In this document: positions 13,601 through 27,839 of the stretch, one piece after another
How the letters are laid out: every line of letters begins with the position of its first letter
Position numbering within the stretch: the stretch's first letter is position 1
Origin: Lytechinus pictus
Lineage: Eukaryota
Direction: 5' to 3'
Length of the DNA stretch: 64,000 bases
Assembly: GCF_037042905.1 (NCBI RefSeq)
Contig: NC_087250.1
Span: 17,300,001 to 17,364,000 of the forward strand
Program-made: the position numbers and the translations under genes
The notes under the pieces: model-generated
Seen by the model: only the letters and a program-made list of their open reading frames with translations
The model's database searches: none
What the model was told of the DNA's origin: nothing

Positions 13601-15709
13601 GGTTATATATGACATTACCATGACAGTACTCGCTATCATTCCCACCCCCTCCCCTCTCCCATTCTCGATCACCTCTCTCTTCTTCTGTCGTTAAGCCTTC
13701 CAACATTTTAACGTTTCCTACTTTATTGTTCAGTTTACCTGGGATATCGACATTGCCGTTTACAGCGCTCGATTTAATTCCCCTCGGCATCGACATGATT
13801 TCTGCTCTGCATCGTTAAAAACCGCAGTCACACTCACCGACTCGTGGACGTTCGTTAGTGCTAATCGTGAATTGTAGCCTCCACTTTGCAGACGCTTTCT
13901 GCGACGCACCAATTCCTTTGAAAATGCAAGTGAAATCACAACGGACAGCTGAGAGGTCTTTGTCGAAAATTGTTTAACCAAAACGGCTGATCGTATTTAA
14001 TATTCGGAGCTGACGAAAAATTGCAAATAGTTATGTCGTTTGTCCAGAGTCACGGACGACATTGTTGTGTTGATTTTCGACAAAGACTTCTTCGCCATGA
14101 AGGGCTTTTGACAAAAGATTATCTACGTTCCAGAAAACGTCCGCCTAGTATTGGCAAATTTCGCTGGTTATGCTTAGTCACACAAAATCGGCATCCAAGC
14201 CGGCCGATGGATTATCGTAAAAGCTTTGGACTGAGTGGAGTCGATTTTGACTAACCCATTACAATCAACCCCAATAATCGAACGCAACTTTATTTTCAAC
14301 CAACAGTAAGCGCGTATTGGGCATGCTAGGTAATTCCTCTTGACATTTTGAATAGTATTTAAACGCAATTCTCCCTACGAAAGCTACTCCAATGAAACCG
14401 ACTCCAAACCGACCTATCGTCTGTCATTGGAAATAACGTAATAGATTCTGTCGGTCTGGGGCCCTTTGCACAAAGTGTAGTCTTTAAACGCAACTCAAGA
14501 AATCAGGCACAACTTCCCGAATACGAGTGTTTCATTGGTCGAAAAGCAAGCATCCCTTTTTACAACGGGCACCTACCCGTGGAGTCGTTTTCATCAGCGT
14601 GTCTGCACCATGAAAGACATTGATGTTGGTGTGACATGAACGTAATAAGGCCAATATTCTGCAGGTGTAGCTTGTTCCATTGGCGTTGTAATTAGCACGC
14701 TAATGTGTGCTCTGTTTCCGTCGTAAAACAGATCAATGCTCTCTCCCCCCCGGTCGCCACACGAGACAATCACATGCCATAGGGCTCAGGTCTGACCTGT
14801 GTAAACACACGACTTGTTATTAAAGGCATTTCTTATGTACTTGCCTTTCATTAGTTTTGTATAATTTCGCCCAAAGATATTTCATTGTCTATAGATTATT
14901 ATAAGACACATATTTGAATTGGAATGTGTACACTGCCAAAGTCAATGTATTAAATGCATTAAGTTATGCAGTATATACTTGGATACTTTTAGTTAGCGAA
15001 TAAACATGTCTCCCCATCTATGTGTTGACATGTTATATAATACATTTTTGAATTAATACTCAAATAATGTATTTTCTACATAAGGGCCATGTCAATGGTG
15101 CTCTCCTTTCGCTCCACGTGTACATGTATTAATGTATATATTTGATATATTTCATTATCTCATACAATGTGATTAGCATTAGACCCACCCTTATTGATAT
15201 TATGCAAAATTATCGTAAGAGATACGAAATAGATAGATATAGAGAAAGAGAGAGAGAGAGAGAATGTAGCATTTTATATCACTTGCTATTAACAAATATC
15301 TATATATTCAAGATGGAAAGGGACTTATATTTCTTCTAACTTTTATACACAAAACTGAAGAATCGAGAAAGAGAAAGCATAATTTGTCATTCAAAATGCT
15401 ATCAAGTGATCAGTTTTAGTGGAATTTCTGAAGTATATCGTTTTGGTAATGCCATTTTTGTTTTCTTGTCTTGATTTTTGATGGTAGTGCATTCTTACGT
15501 ATTACTGCTGGTATGAGTATTATTGGTTTTTACCCGTTTTATGACTTCAGGTGCTATGTTTGCTCAGCTGTGTTCCGTAGCTTAAAAAATTGACTAGGTA
15601 CGAGTAAATAACCTTGTGGTACCACCTATATCATAGGTGAATGGATTAATAAAGAAGCGTTCAAGCAAGAAAAAACAGTATATAAAGGATATAACACAAC
15701 ATTCGTTTT

Positions 15710-15860
15710 GATAGTGAGAGACAGAGTGAGAGAGATAGATAGAGGGAGAGTGAAGGAAGATTGGAAAAGAAAAATATAGAGAGACAGAGAGAAAGAGAGA
15801 GAGAAGAGAGAGAGGGTGAGAGGTAGAATATTACATAGGGAGACAGCAGAGAGAGGGGAA
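15710..15860. repeat. (GA)n-rich tract
   Basis: gagaga runs. Confidence 0.85.
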
Positions 15861-16087
15861 ATGATGTTGCTTTGCTGTATTTCGCGGTAGACTATGGGAC
15901 AGACTACATAGCGTACAGTGAGATTGAAATCAATATTAGTCTGTTTTATGAGAGAGCTGTATCGATTCATCGACGGGAGTCTAATTTTACGCGAGAAAAG
16001 AACCTTGTTAACAAGAAGGTCATGAATTATTCCACATGGATTGCCAGCTAAATCACATCAAGTCAATTCGCAGAATATGTTCCGTAG

Positions 16088-16340
16088 TGGGATCCTAGTG
16101 GTGAAGCGGTTCTGACTCTTGCCTTGTCATCAGAGGACCGCGTGTTCAAATCCATGCAACGCGTCGTAGCGTCCTTTGACATGTATCAGTTCCCATTTTA
16201 TGACACTCTATCCAGCTGCTGATAAAGGTTCGGGTACTCGGGAGGATGTGAAAGACTTTGTAAAATGCCAAGTAACATTGAATTAGAAAAAATTACTTGG
16301 AATACTCCCCTTGGAGTGGAGAAAGTGAATATAATTCATG
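16088..16340 (+). mobile_element. Decayed tRNA-derived SINE
   Basis: A-box tggtgaagcgg and B-box gttcaaatcc, followed by a CORE-like body (...actctatccagctg...gggtactcgg). Confidence 0.6.
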
Positions 16341-18087
16341 TCACTAGTTTGCTTATCTATTGATGAAATTAGGTTATTCATCTCGATTGTAATATCATGT
16401 AATAAAATAATATTAGACTTATTCGAGCTATCTGCAAGGAATAAAATATCGTGACATGATCCCCTTTCCCATCCCCGTTTGAATAGCGTTACGTCACATG
16501 TCTACCCTGACAAAATTACATTGTTATAGAAACGTTCAAAATAAAATAATTTCATTTTCCCCAATATTGCTAATCGATTTTTCCACTATCAACATTCGCT
16601 TCCAATATATCGGGCTGTACACTCGATGCAGAATCGAAATCCGAAGAATATTGTCTCGGCTGCGCGGCGATCCCGTCTCATTTCCGAAAGTTCAGCTTCA
16701 GCGGACATTGGCATTTGGGTTGAAAGATAGAGAAGGGTTCACTCTGTAGTCTGGTAGATTACGGCGGTAAATCGATGCATGAATTATTCGCCCTCGGTAT
16801 TAAAAACCAAAAAAGACTTTTACTAAGCGATATCAAATTTATGCACATATCTTTCCCTGGAACGAAATTATAAATGATAGTAATAAAGCATTCCTTTGTT
16901 AATAAAAAGAATAATGCAATACTTTTACTAAGAGGATAGTGAAACTGCTTAAACTAAGCTGATCATTCTGAGATGTTGAAGTGTAGTGTACGTGTAGCGC
17001 TTTGTAACCAATAGCAAAAGGTGCAAAATCAAATAACTACTGGTTGGATTGGATACTCGCAACCCAGCTGATTAAAAGGCCTGGAAATTTGAAGATGTTT
17101 ATAGGCATGCTAGGTCTAGTTGCATAGGCCTGTACGCTCACATTTCTCCCACACGATGATATCGCACTATGCATGATGAACCAAATTCATTCTATTATGC
17201 GTGAACATAATGATTATACTTTAATGTATGAACATGATATATATAATATACTGTAATGCATAGATATATTTTATATGTATTCATGCGTCGTACGAAAGAC
17301 TTAAATAAATCAGGGCGCTTCCACTTCCCCTGATTAAATGAAGCGGCTGTATGCCAATATGTATTTTTGATAGTAAATGTCGGTAATTATGTTACACATA
17401 CATTATTTTCATACAACTACGTTCTCTCTTGTATGTAAGGATAACATGAGGTAGAACTACTACAGTTAAATAACATAAGCAGATAAGCAACAACATTAAA
17501 CACTCTTGCTATTACAGTAAAATACAGATTCGTCTATTCGTCCACTCATCACATATTCTACCTTCATTCAGTCTTATGCCATTCAATCCGTCGAAATTTC
17601 GTCTACCAAACATTTGGTCCAATAATCACTTCTAATCACCAGTTCCTCTATTACCATTTCGTCTCATTGACTCATTTTCTCTTCATTCATTTCGCCCAAT
17701 TAACACTTAGTAAAATTAGACCTTTTTTTTGGGGGGGGGGGGGGGCTTGTCAAATTTTTCCTTGGGAAAAAATTGCCCCCCACCTTTGAAAATCCTGGAT
17801 CCGCCCCTGATTCTATTATAGTTCAGTTAACATTGAACATATCTCTAATTAGTGGAAAACTAAGGTAACACGCGGCCTCATGAATATTGTTAATCATGCA
17901 TTTATCATGTTTATATTACAACAATCTTCCTAGCAATAGAATATTTTTTCATCATTTCATGCCGGTATTTTCTTCCAAGTGGCGTCGTGGACGCTAATAA
18001 TAAGATCTTACCATCGTTTATATCTGTGGTCGCATTCAAAACAAGACGTGCGGAAAAGCCTCTATACTCTGACATTTCGAGCTTGTG

Positions 18088-18101
18088 GTTACCATGGAAA
18101 C
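18088..18101. promoter_or_regulatory. RFX X-box-like motif GTTACCATGGAAAC
   Basis: Close match to the GTTGCCATGGCAAC-type RFX palindrome in apparently non-repetitive DNA. Confidence 0.35.
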
Positions 18102-18991
18102 GTGCCATAATTCACTACCATATCCCTATTCTCTCTATGCATTATTGGGGTGGTGGTGATGTTGTGTAGAAACAGGCTGGGAGCAGGCGTTATAGCGTGC
18201 ATTTATTTATCGTACTCACTCTCCTTTATTTTGACAATTGCAGCAAAAATGAGAAAAGTCCTATGTGCTTGATCTCTTAATCTCCTTTCACAAATGGTGG
18301 TGCAACTGCTTACAACCGTTGCGATTGTGTGCCACATTATATTGTGACCAAATGATCGAAAACGATCGCAAGATCGATTGTGATAGCCCCTTTACGAGAA
18401 ACTGCTGAAATATTGTTTTTGTGAATTAGAATATGTCTCCTGACGAAAGAACAATAATACAATAAGGAACAGTATTTGACTGAATTGTTAATGATATATA
18501 ACATGGGGTGTCGTACTGCGTTATCAGTGAAAACTGACAACCCTATACGCACACTATTAGGGTTATCTGTGTACGATGTGATGTGGTACATGTAGACCGA
18601 CCAAACTGATGTCAGACCGACCGATGGTATAGTATTCGAAATGACGTAATAACTTTGATCGGTCTGGAGTCGGTCTCGTTGGTGTGACTGTAGTAACAGA
18701 TAATTATAATATTGAAATAGGGAAATTTTTATCCGCGATGCACGACGAATTCAGGAACACAGTAAATGTATTGGAAAATGCCCGTCGAATGACAATGACC
18801 AGCTGGGAGGTCTTTGTCGAAAATAAAAAAAAAATCGTCCGAAGCTTCGGAAATGACGAAAAATGTCAAATCCAAGAGTCGAGGACTAATCTGCTGTTTT
18901 GCTTCACTAATTTTCGAGAAAGACCTCCCAGCTGTTCATTGCCATCTGACTTTGAAGGGCATTGATTCTTAGAGTTTGCATTTGACTGTAA

Positions 18992-19290
18992 GGCCCGTAT
19001 TCTGAAGTCAAGTTTAACTTAGACCATGGTCTAACTCTGTGCTAAAATTATGGGAAGCCAAAAGTGTCAACATTTTTATTAAGTTGTATGTTTCTTATGT
19101 TTACTGTGCTCTTTCCTGATTCATCGATGGAGAAGACAGTCATCTTTTAATACTTCCTAGACAATTATGAATGACTTGAAAGGCAGAAGAGCTGAAATGT
19201 GATATCTCTATACTGTTAGTAATTTATGTAACAATTAGCTATCCATGCTTAACCTTGGTTTAAGTTAAACCCGACTTCAGAATACGGGCC
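18992..19290. mobile_element. Harbinger-like MITE; decayed copy near 54180-54450
   Basis: TIRs ggcccgtattctgaagtc / gacttcagaatacgggcc. Confidence 0.75.
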
Positions 19291-20399
19291 ATTAGTTTCT
19301 TCAACGGGTCCCTCTTCTCTCTCTCTCTCTCTCTCTGTCTTACCTTTTACCATTATCTGTTCTTCCATTTTCGTCCTATTTTCCATTCTTTCTTTCGACT
19401 AACTGAAAAATTAACGGGGTGTTCTGGCCTCTGTCCTGCTACCATGTTTGCACCAGCCAAAGTATAGATACCAACAAATACGACAAACTGACCATTAAAA
19501 AAAATTGTTATTTACCACTTCTCTAATAAATTAAGATATGTAATGTTCCTCTTGAATCAAATCAATCATGGTTCTAGAAAAAAAAAAACAATTTGTAAAG
19601 ATAGCAAATTGAATGTAAGTAACATTCAAATTTAGACAAAATAATAAAACATGAGGTATGTCTGTGCCTTATGTACCTTATCATGCTATCACTTTCTTAC
19701 GAAAGAAATATACATGTGTGATTATAGAGCCTACATGTATTTGTATATTTTCTCAATCTCAATCTTATCTTTTCTTTTTATTCCATTTTTCATGTGCCGC
19801 CTTTTTCCCATCTGTTGTCGTGTCTGGATTGGCATTAATAGGTAAGTGATCCTCGATATTGTATCTGTGTGATTAATGAGTTTGTGCAAAGTGATGATTG
19901 TTTAAATTGGGGAGATTGCTTTATTGAATAATTGCGACTATTTTCGTTTTCGTTTCTCTTTATCGTATTTATCGTTATCTACATGTATTTATTTTGTATT
20001 GCTTTTCTTTTCTTTTCTTTACTTCACTCTTTCATCCTTTATAATAAAAAATGTAAGTCTGAAACTGTGTAGCCCCCTTTTTTCTCCCTCTCTCTATCTC
20101 GTTCTCACCCTCTCTCTCTTCCGTTTCAACTCTCGTGCTTTAATGCATTTTCTGACTTGCTATTTTTACATTGCAGTTGGGTGTGCTTTTTTATTTATTT
20201 TGTTTTGTTGAGGTTTTTGCAGGTGTTTCTTTTTATTTCTTGATGAAAAATGGAAATACAAATTCGGTATAATGATAAAAACAAACATACAAAATGATTA
20301 TTCAAGTTACAAATATTAAAAAAAGTTAACATTAGCAATTAATTATATGTAGTCACATATACACACATACACACACCCTCACACACACCGTATGTGTGG

Positions 20400-20431
<32 letters not shown>

Positions 20432-20550
20432 AATTATGCATGCACAATAGCTTTGGTAACTCTTTTTCTTTTAGATATGTTATCTTATGAAAGAAATGAA
20501 TATTGAGAACAATGGTATTCTAGGCGTAGTTAAAATCTCACCCTTTTATA

Positions 20551-21373
20551 CAGTGCGTCCCACAAAAAACGAAACCAAGATTATCGATGATTTATCATAA
20601 CTTAATCACAAATACAATAGACAAATGACCTAACATTTTAAAGTTTAGAATCTCCTCTTTCATCTGAAATTACTTAGATTATTTCTCATTCACGCATGAG
20701 TGAGCAAAAACAATTTGAAGAGGGGATACCAAAAACTCATTTGGCGGGCTGTATCAGGGTTTCAAAAGGAAAACCACATTTTTTGAAAAGTTCAATATCT
20801 GCTCTTTAATTTGATACCTCAATTACAGAAAATGGTCAAGAAATAACAAAGTTCTGGTTATTTGAAATAAGGCTTGAATTTCAATAATTTCATAAAATTA
20901 AGAGGTTCTACAGGCTAGCGTTCAAATTCACTTGACACTCCGTTTTGTTGACGATCAGCCTGCATTAAGTCTTTTGTTAACCATGCGATAGCTTCTGTGG
21001 GAAACGGGTGAAAACACGTTTATTTAATGCAATTTTGGAAATACAAGCTCTGTTTTGAGGGAACATTACTTTTTTACTTCTTGACCATTTTTTGTGATTA
21101 AGGTATCAAATAAAAGAGCAGATAATGAAATTTTTAGGCGTGTGATTTTCCTTTTGAAATTCAGATACCCCCAGCCAAATGAGTTTTTGGTATCCTTTCT
21201 TTAATTTGATTATGCTCACTCATGCGTGAATGGGGAATAATCTAAGTAATATCAGATGAAAGAGGAGATTCTAAGCTTTACACATTGGTAGGTCATTTGT
21301 CTATTGTATTTGTGATTAAGTTATGATAAATCATCGCTTAATCTTGGTTTCGTTTTTTTTCTGGGACGCACTG
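20551..21373. mobile_element. Tc1/mariner-like foldback element with TIRs of about 300 bp
   Basis: ta|cagtgcgtccca...tgggacgcactg|ta; the arms are long inverted copies. Confidence 0.9.
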
Positions 21374-23351
21374 TATAAACTAGTGAAAGAAATGAATACA
21401 GATAATTATTGCAGGAGTAGTTTAATCATAGTTCCTCAGAGCTATCCTCCCTTTTGATAATAATATTAAAAAAGGATAATATTTCAAAGGGTAAGATAGC
21501 TCTTGGGAACTTTGATTTAAGCTATGCCTACCATCGTTCTCTATATTAATTTCTTTCACAACATATTTAAATAAAAACGTTGTGTCTCTAATGTTGTGAT
21601 TGTAAGGAGACTGTCCCGCATTTGCGTTTTACTCAGCGCATGCCATCATTGGTATGGCAAGCCGGCATATCACAATTAATAATCCTACTTCCTGATATCA
21701 AGTAAGCATTTTGTGTTGCCAAAGATGGCAAGTCTTAATAGCAATATTATTCATTTTTTCATTTAATCATTCATATTACGAGTTGTGATGTTATAATATA
21801 CTGCCTTACGCGTAAGCATTCAAAAACTTTGTTTTATGGCTCAAGTTCGAAAAGAAAGGTCTGTATTAATGTTTTCATTGTGCTTTCTTTTCATTTAATC
21901 TGATTTGCTAACATTTTATATTTTCAAGTTAGAAAACTGTTATTTTACTTTCTTTGAGATATGTACCTTTAGACGCTTTCAAGGTTTAAGATTACCCATG
22001 CTATTGTGAGACACTGCGATAGCTTGGGTTGGACTCGAGGAAATTTCTCTGTTTTTTCCGGAGTGGATTTTTTTCGATTTTCGGATACCTTACATAGCTT
22101 GTGTTTCAGCAATACAAGTCTTCTTCAGAACATGTGTATAAGGCCTTAGTCTAATCGCTCTAGACCATTTTTTGTTTATGGTAGGGAAAGAAAGGCTATA
22201 ACAAAACTGTTTAAGAAAAAAAGATAGCAGCTAGACATACACACAGTCTTGTAAATTGACGCGCTTTTAACTCTCATACACTAAAAATTTTGACTTAAAT
22301 ATAGGCTACTAACCGAGCCCATTTCGGACATAAGTTAGGTATACAATAGTTGACCTCTTGCCCCGTACACATGCACGCCATGCACACCACTTGGATTGCC
22401 CGAATGGTTGATGGATAAATGTAAGCAAATGTCCTCAGATTCGCACATGCACACGTATACAAACACATCCTCACACAAAAGCACCATCCTAAGACACCCA
22501 GCCCCACAAAGAATAATATGCAGAATAAGAATCTCAATGGAAAGAGTGAAATGAGAGGAGCAATTAGTAACAGGTTTCATTACGATAGGCCGTAAAATAA
22601 AAGAGTTATGGAAGTTTGAAAAATCTTGCAAATTGTGTTTTATAAGGATCCTCAACATATTGACAAGCATGCTTCAAAACGGCTGATATTGGGGGTGACT
22701 CTCGATTTGTTTTGAAAGAGAATTTTTCAGATTTTCCCCTTTATTCTACCTATTTCTGATTATCTCCTAACCTTGACATATGTAGTGTGAATTATATTTT
22801 CTCATGACAACGTTGTGCTCAAGGCAAGATGTTTGTTTTATAACCGATTTTAATGAAACTAGTTTAGAATTGCTCTCCTCATTTTATCATTTTTTCTCAG
22901 ATTGACTCTCTCCTCGGGTTTTTTGTTTCTTAAGCGGGAAGCCCGACGAATATGAAATGAAATTCGTTCAAACAGACAAATGTACACTTCGGATGGTCTA
23001 GACGCGAAGACTAATGAAGTTATATATAGTGTGTGTTTATTAGAGTGTGTAGATTGATCAAAGCTGGAGGGGTAATAGCCTGGGCGTCAGAGGGGTTGGT
23101 ATTACCCCTTATCAGGACTCTTCTGGGGGTGTCGAGTGTTTGCCTTGGCTTCACATCGGATGTACGTGTAGGGCCTTTGTAGCCTCCCATCAAGTCTGAC
23201 ATTGTTAAATATATCTGTCACTATTACAGAAGAAAAACTTTAAAGAAACGGATCACTCTCAAATTTAAGGAAACCGGTCGATGTAATCTAAAGGCATAAA
23301 ATAGTGTTGGGGAAAAATGTGTTGTGAATTTTAGAGTCCTCGTACTTTTAT

Positions 23352-23353
<2 letters not shown>

Positions 23354-23414
<61 letters not shown>
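23354..23414. repeat. (TA)n microsatellite; others near 25775, 26265 and 35670
   Basis: Pure TA run. Confidence 0.95.
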
Positions 23415-23417
<3 letters not shown>

Positions 23418-24339
23418 GTTACTAGTGAACCTTGTCGAGGTAGACTGTTAAATATCTTTACATCTTTATATGTTAAAAGGTTTCTAAACGAAGCGGGACA
23501 GCAAATGTTTTTAACATATTTTTTATTTAGTTCTCCCTGGTTTGCAAAGTATTACAAAGAAGTTGTTATAAAACAGATGAACTGTAAATTGTGTGAAAGA
23601 ATTTATACTAGTAAAATTACAGGAGTATTAAAATAATAACGATGTTCATAAAATTAGCATCATTTTCTGAGCCTTTTTGCGGTAGCAGTTTTAAATCTTG
23701 TTTAATAAGTGATTTAACTAGATGAATTGCTACATTCCACAGTTTTAAACCAGATCATTTTATCTCTACTGCTTAAAAGTTTAATGGAAAATCAAAATGG
23801 CCGGACATTTAGTGGTTTCTGTCTCCTATATTTTCAGGAACATGTGTCGTGATCGGTCCATTAACCAAAAGATTTTTCCGTTGGTTACTATAATCATGGA
23901 CCTGTAATTTTTCGTGTATATAAACTCATGATGCAAATTGTGTATATCCTCACAGACAGAATGGTACATTTTTATTCAAATATTCATTTATATATAATAC
24001 ATGCATATAATGTGTCTGCGCGGGTATACTATTTTAGTATTTCAGTATTTCCATTTTTTTACATTATTCATATAGAGCTTTACAATATGCGTTTGAATTT
24101 AGGATTTTCCTGATTTACATTTTTTCCACAAAAATACATTATGTCATAACAAATAAAAAGAAAGTGTGCGTATAATTGGAAGCGAGGCTAACGGAAATTA
24201 CTGAGCGGTGTTTGGTCAGGCAAAAGAGATAAACAACCCGCAAGCAAAAATGAGGTTTAGTTTCATTGTCATGTGTGTGCAATACGTTTATGTTGTCCTT
24301 CAACTTAACATGCATAATATGAAGTGTGAGTTTTGAGCC

Positions 24340-24897
24340 TCAAGCAATGTGATATTGTCACATGGGTTAGCAATATTATTGACTCCTGATTACCCAGAGC
24401 ATAAGGGGATAGTGGTAACTATGCCCTTGACGTCACAGTGTGAGTTTTTAACGAGTTATATTACATTTAGGAACAATAAGATGAAAACGTTATGTAATTG
24501 CAACACTGAAACTGTACTTGAGTGTCAAGGAATGTGATATTGTAAACATGGGCTAGCAATATCATCAACTCCTGTTAACCCGGAGCAGAAGGAGATAGTG
24601 ATTACTATGCCCTTGACGTCACAGCGTGAGTTTTAAACGAGTTACATTACATTTAGGAACAATAAGATGAAAACGTTATGTAATTGCAACACTGAAACTG
24701 TACTTGAGTGTCAAGGAATGTGATATTGTAAACATGGGCTAACAATATCATCAACTCCTGTTAACCCGGAGCAGAATGAGATAGTGATTACTATGCACTT
24801 GACGTCATAGCGTGAGTTTTGAGCGCGCTATGTTATAACACATTTATGAACAGTAAGATGAAAACGATTTTAGATAGTTGAAACACTAAAATGTACT
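24340..24897. repeat. Tandem repeat, three units of about 186 bp
   Basis: tcaag.aatgtgatattgt recurs at 24340, 24525 and 24711. Confidence 0.9.
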
Positions 24898-25675
24898 CTA
24901 AAAATGGAAAGTAGTCAATCACTCCAGCGTTTTAAAAATGGATGGAAAGCGCTGCCGCTCCTCGGCCCGCTCCCTCAATTTTCCAATCTTTGTGTATTTT
25001 TTTTTCATTGTCAAAAGTTTCAATATTATTCTTTATCCTTGCTGTAGGTCTTTTCAGACAGGCTCTTTCTAAAATTTTGGAACATATTAATCCTCGTTGA
25101 ATTACTAAAATAATGTTGAATGAAAGGAATTTAATCAGCAAATAACTGTCAATCATATTTACCCGAAGTTCTATAACAAAAATAAAATTAAACATGGGGT
25201 TATTGGAGCTAATTCCATAAGTTTGACAGGATTCCTTTTTTTGTTATTCCATCTCTAATACACATCTTTCTCTACCTCTCTCGGTAACATTTCTGAACAG
25301 GATGCACTTTTTACAGCATTGATCAACATTCCTCTCCCTCGAGATAGGGATTTAAAACCAAATCAAGGAATGAAACCGCAATGACAGCTAGAATTTATAC
25401 CATCTTAGAAGAAGATCCGAGGTGATTTTGAAGGATCATGCACTACTGAATGTTTCTTCCTTCCTTAAAGGAGCATTGCGATTTTGTGAAGGTTTGCTAC
25501 GAATGTTGAAGTCTGGTTGTTGTCCGGTTAAATGATGATTGATGTGTTTTTTACACATAGGGCTCATTCGTTTGCATTATGAATAGGCAATATAGAAATA
25601 TTGTATTTCAATTTATCCAATATGAGATTAATCGTTAATGAGGTTGAATTGCTCTGCTCAGGGGATGGGGAAAAG

Positions 25676-25760
25676 GTGTCTTTGCCGGGGACCGAACCCC
25701 TGAGTTTCATTATTTGTGTAGGCAAGTGCCTTTAACAGACCACTTGGCCACGGCATTGCC
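25676..25760 (-). mobile_element. tRNA-like SINE head
   Basis: - strand A-box tggccaagtgg and B-box ggttcggtccc; no clean cloverleaf. Confidence 0.5.
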
Positions 25761-25800
25761 GATCATTGTCCCGATATATATATATATATATATATATATA

Positions 25801-26199
25801 GTATTGTAATATGGTGGAGCGAGTTGCTTAGATTTATACTATTTCCCCCCGAGGGTTCATCAGCAACTAAATCAAATTTAATGTTGAACTAAAGTACAGC
25901 TAAAGAGAACAATAACTCTAGTGCAGTCGAGCAAACAAACAAAAGACACATTGTAAGGGGGATGAAATGACTACAGTGAACAGATAATAGCTATTTTCTT
26001 TAAACTGAGTGTTCACTGTAGTCAGTTATCCCCCTTACATTTTGTTTTTTGTTTGTTTGCTTGACTGCACTAGAGTTATTGTTCTCTTTAGCTGTACTTT
26101 AGTTCAACATTAAATTTGATTTAGTAGCTGATGAACCCTCAGGGGGAAACAGTCTGTACAACTAAAATCTAAGCAACTCGCTCCACCCTATTACTATAC
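25801..26199. mobile_element. Foldback palindrome with arms of about 180 bp and a loop of about 28 bp, TA-flanked
   Basis: ggtggagcgagttgcttagatt...aatctaagcaactcgctccacc; near-perfect arms. Confidence 0.85.
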
Positions 26200-26262
26200 T
26201 ACATGAAGCTCCTATATGTACATGTAGTTGAGCACTTTTCAGTAACTGCAGTTTCGTGTAGT

Positions 26263-26293
<31 letters not shown>

Positions 26294-27003
26294 ATGTTGG
26301 ATTTATCTGTTTAGGAATCATGGATAACATGGTTTGGAAAGATTGGATATCGCTTTACGACTCGATAACGTACCATTACCGCAGTACAAAGTCAATAGAA
26401 ATCGCATTTACAGTCCCACCCATTGCTATCTATGTCTGGAATGTTTATTGAGAGTCTAGCCGTCGCATTGAATTTGTGTACATAAGGAGGTCTGACGATT
26501 AATTTAGCCTGTATATCCTTCTTACCGGTGAATGACTCGACAATTAACTAAATGACAGATGCAGGTAGATCCATTGGTCGGTTTAGACGGACTCGAAAAG
26601 CTGTTTGGCGGAACAACGTAGTCCAATACGGAAAACTATGACCATATATATATATATTTAAAAAAATCACACATTGAAATTTGCCATTTTAAAATATAGA
26701 CCTGAGCAACAACAGTTAACTTTCAATTAGAACGATAATCTGCAATGTTTCAATAAGAAAATGTACTCAATGAGAGTGTCATATTGTCCCACTCCAGTGC
26801 GCACTGGTGTCCAGCCCCCATCCCCACCCACCCCCCCCCCCAAAAAAAAAAGGGGGGTGGGAAGAAGGCAAGACAAAGTGTTTTTTTCATTTCATTTTGT
26901 AATGTTAGCGTGAAAGGCAAAGAAATTTGTTTTGAACTCTTAAACTTCTCTGATACAGTTTCCCCTCTCTCCCCCCCCCCCTCTCTCTCCCCCTCTCTCT
27001 CCC

Positions 27004-27034
<31 letters not shown>

Positions 27035-27839
27035 ATGTAAAGGTGCCTGAAATTCAATGCGGTAGTAAGTTTATATGTCCGTTAGATTTTGATAGGATAG
27101 TGAGAGAGAGAGAGAAAGAGATGGTAGAGAGAGCGGTGTGAACAAAAAGCAGTGTGAACACAGTAGAGAAGACAAAGTTAAATGAAAATTATCATTATTC
27201 GGTGATAAGACATCTAAAGAAGATATCAAGTAATTATACATTGATTTTGCATTTAATTGTTTCATTGTGACTGTATCAGAAAAAAAACAAGTTGATGCAC
27301 AATATTAGCTTGCAAAAAAATATATATATAACACAGAGGAAGGATCATTTTGGCGAGGATAGAAAGAGATAATGTTCGTTCATCCGATATCTAATGAAGA
27401 TATTAAGTAGTTATTCATCATTATTGCATCTCACTTCTAAATTATGTTTTTTCATCTAAACTATATTGCGTATAAAGAGAAAAACGTACCGCATGATATG
27501 ACATAGTAAAGAAATATAGGATATAAGACGTAGAGAGAGGAAAAAGGGATATGTATGATATTTAATGAGGATATGAAATACATGTAATTATTCATCAATA
27601 ATGAATTCGATTATAAGTATGTTATTTGTGTGGCATATTTAGACGAAAAGAAGCAAAATACAATAATATGAGCTGGAAGCATAAATAAAGGACATGAAAG
27701 AGACAGAGAAAGAACGAGGAAGAAGGAGGAATAGGGAGATATTCTTCATTTTCGATAATTCGATATCTAATGAAGATATTAAGTAATTATCCCTCATTAT
27801 TGCATTTCACTAATTATACTGTGTTAGATATAGAGATGA

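Noticed and set aside
16088..16170. tRNA gene (also 25676-25760)
   Set aside because: A and B boxes are present but there is no consistent cloverleaf, and SINE body sequence follows at 16.1 kb
19790..19847. Strong donor ag|gtaagt
   Set aside because: No convincing upstream acceptor or start, so it cannot be tied to an exon
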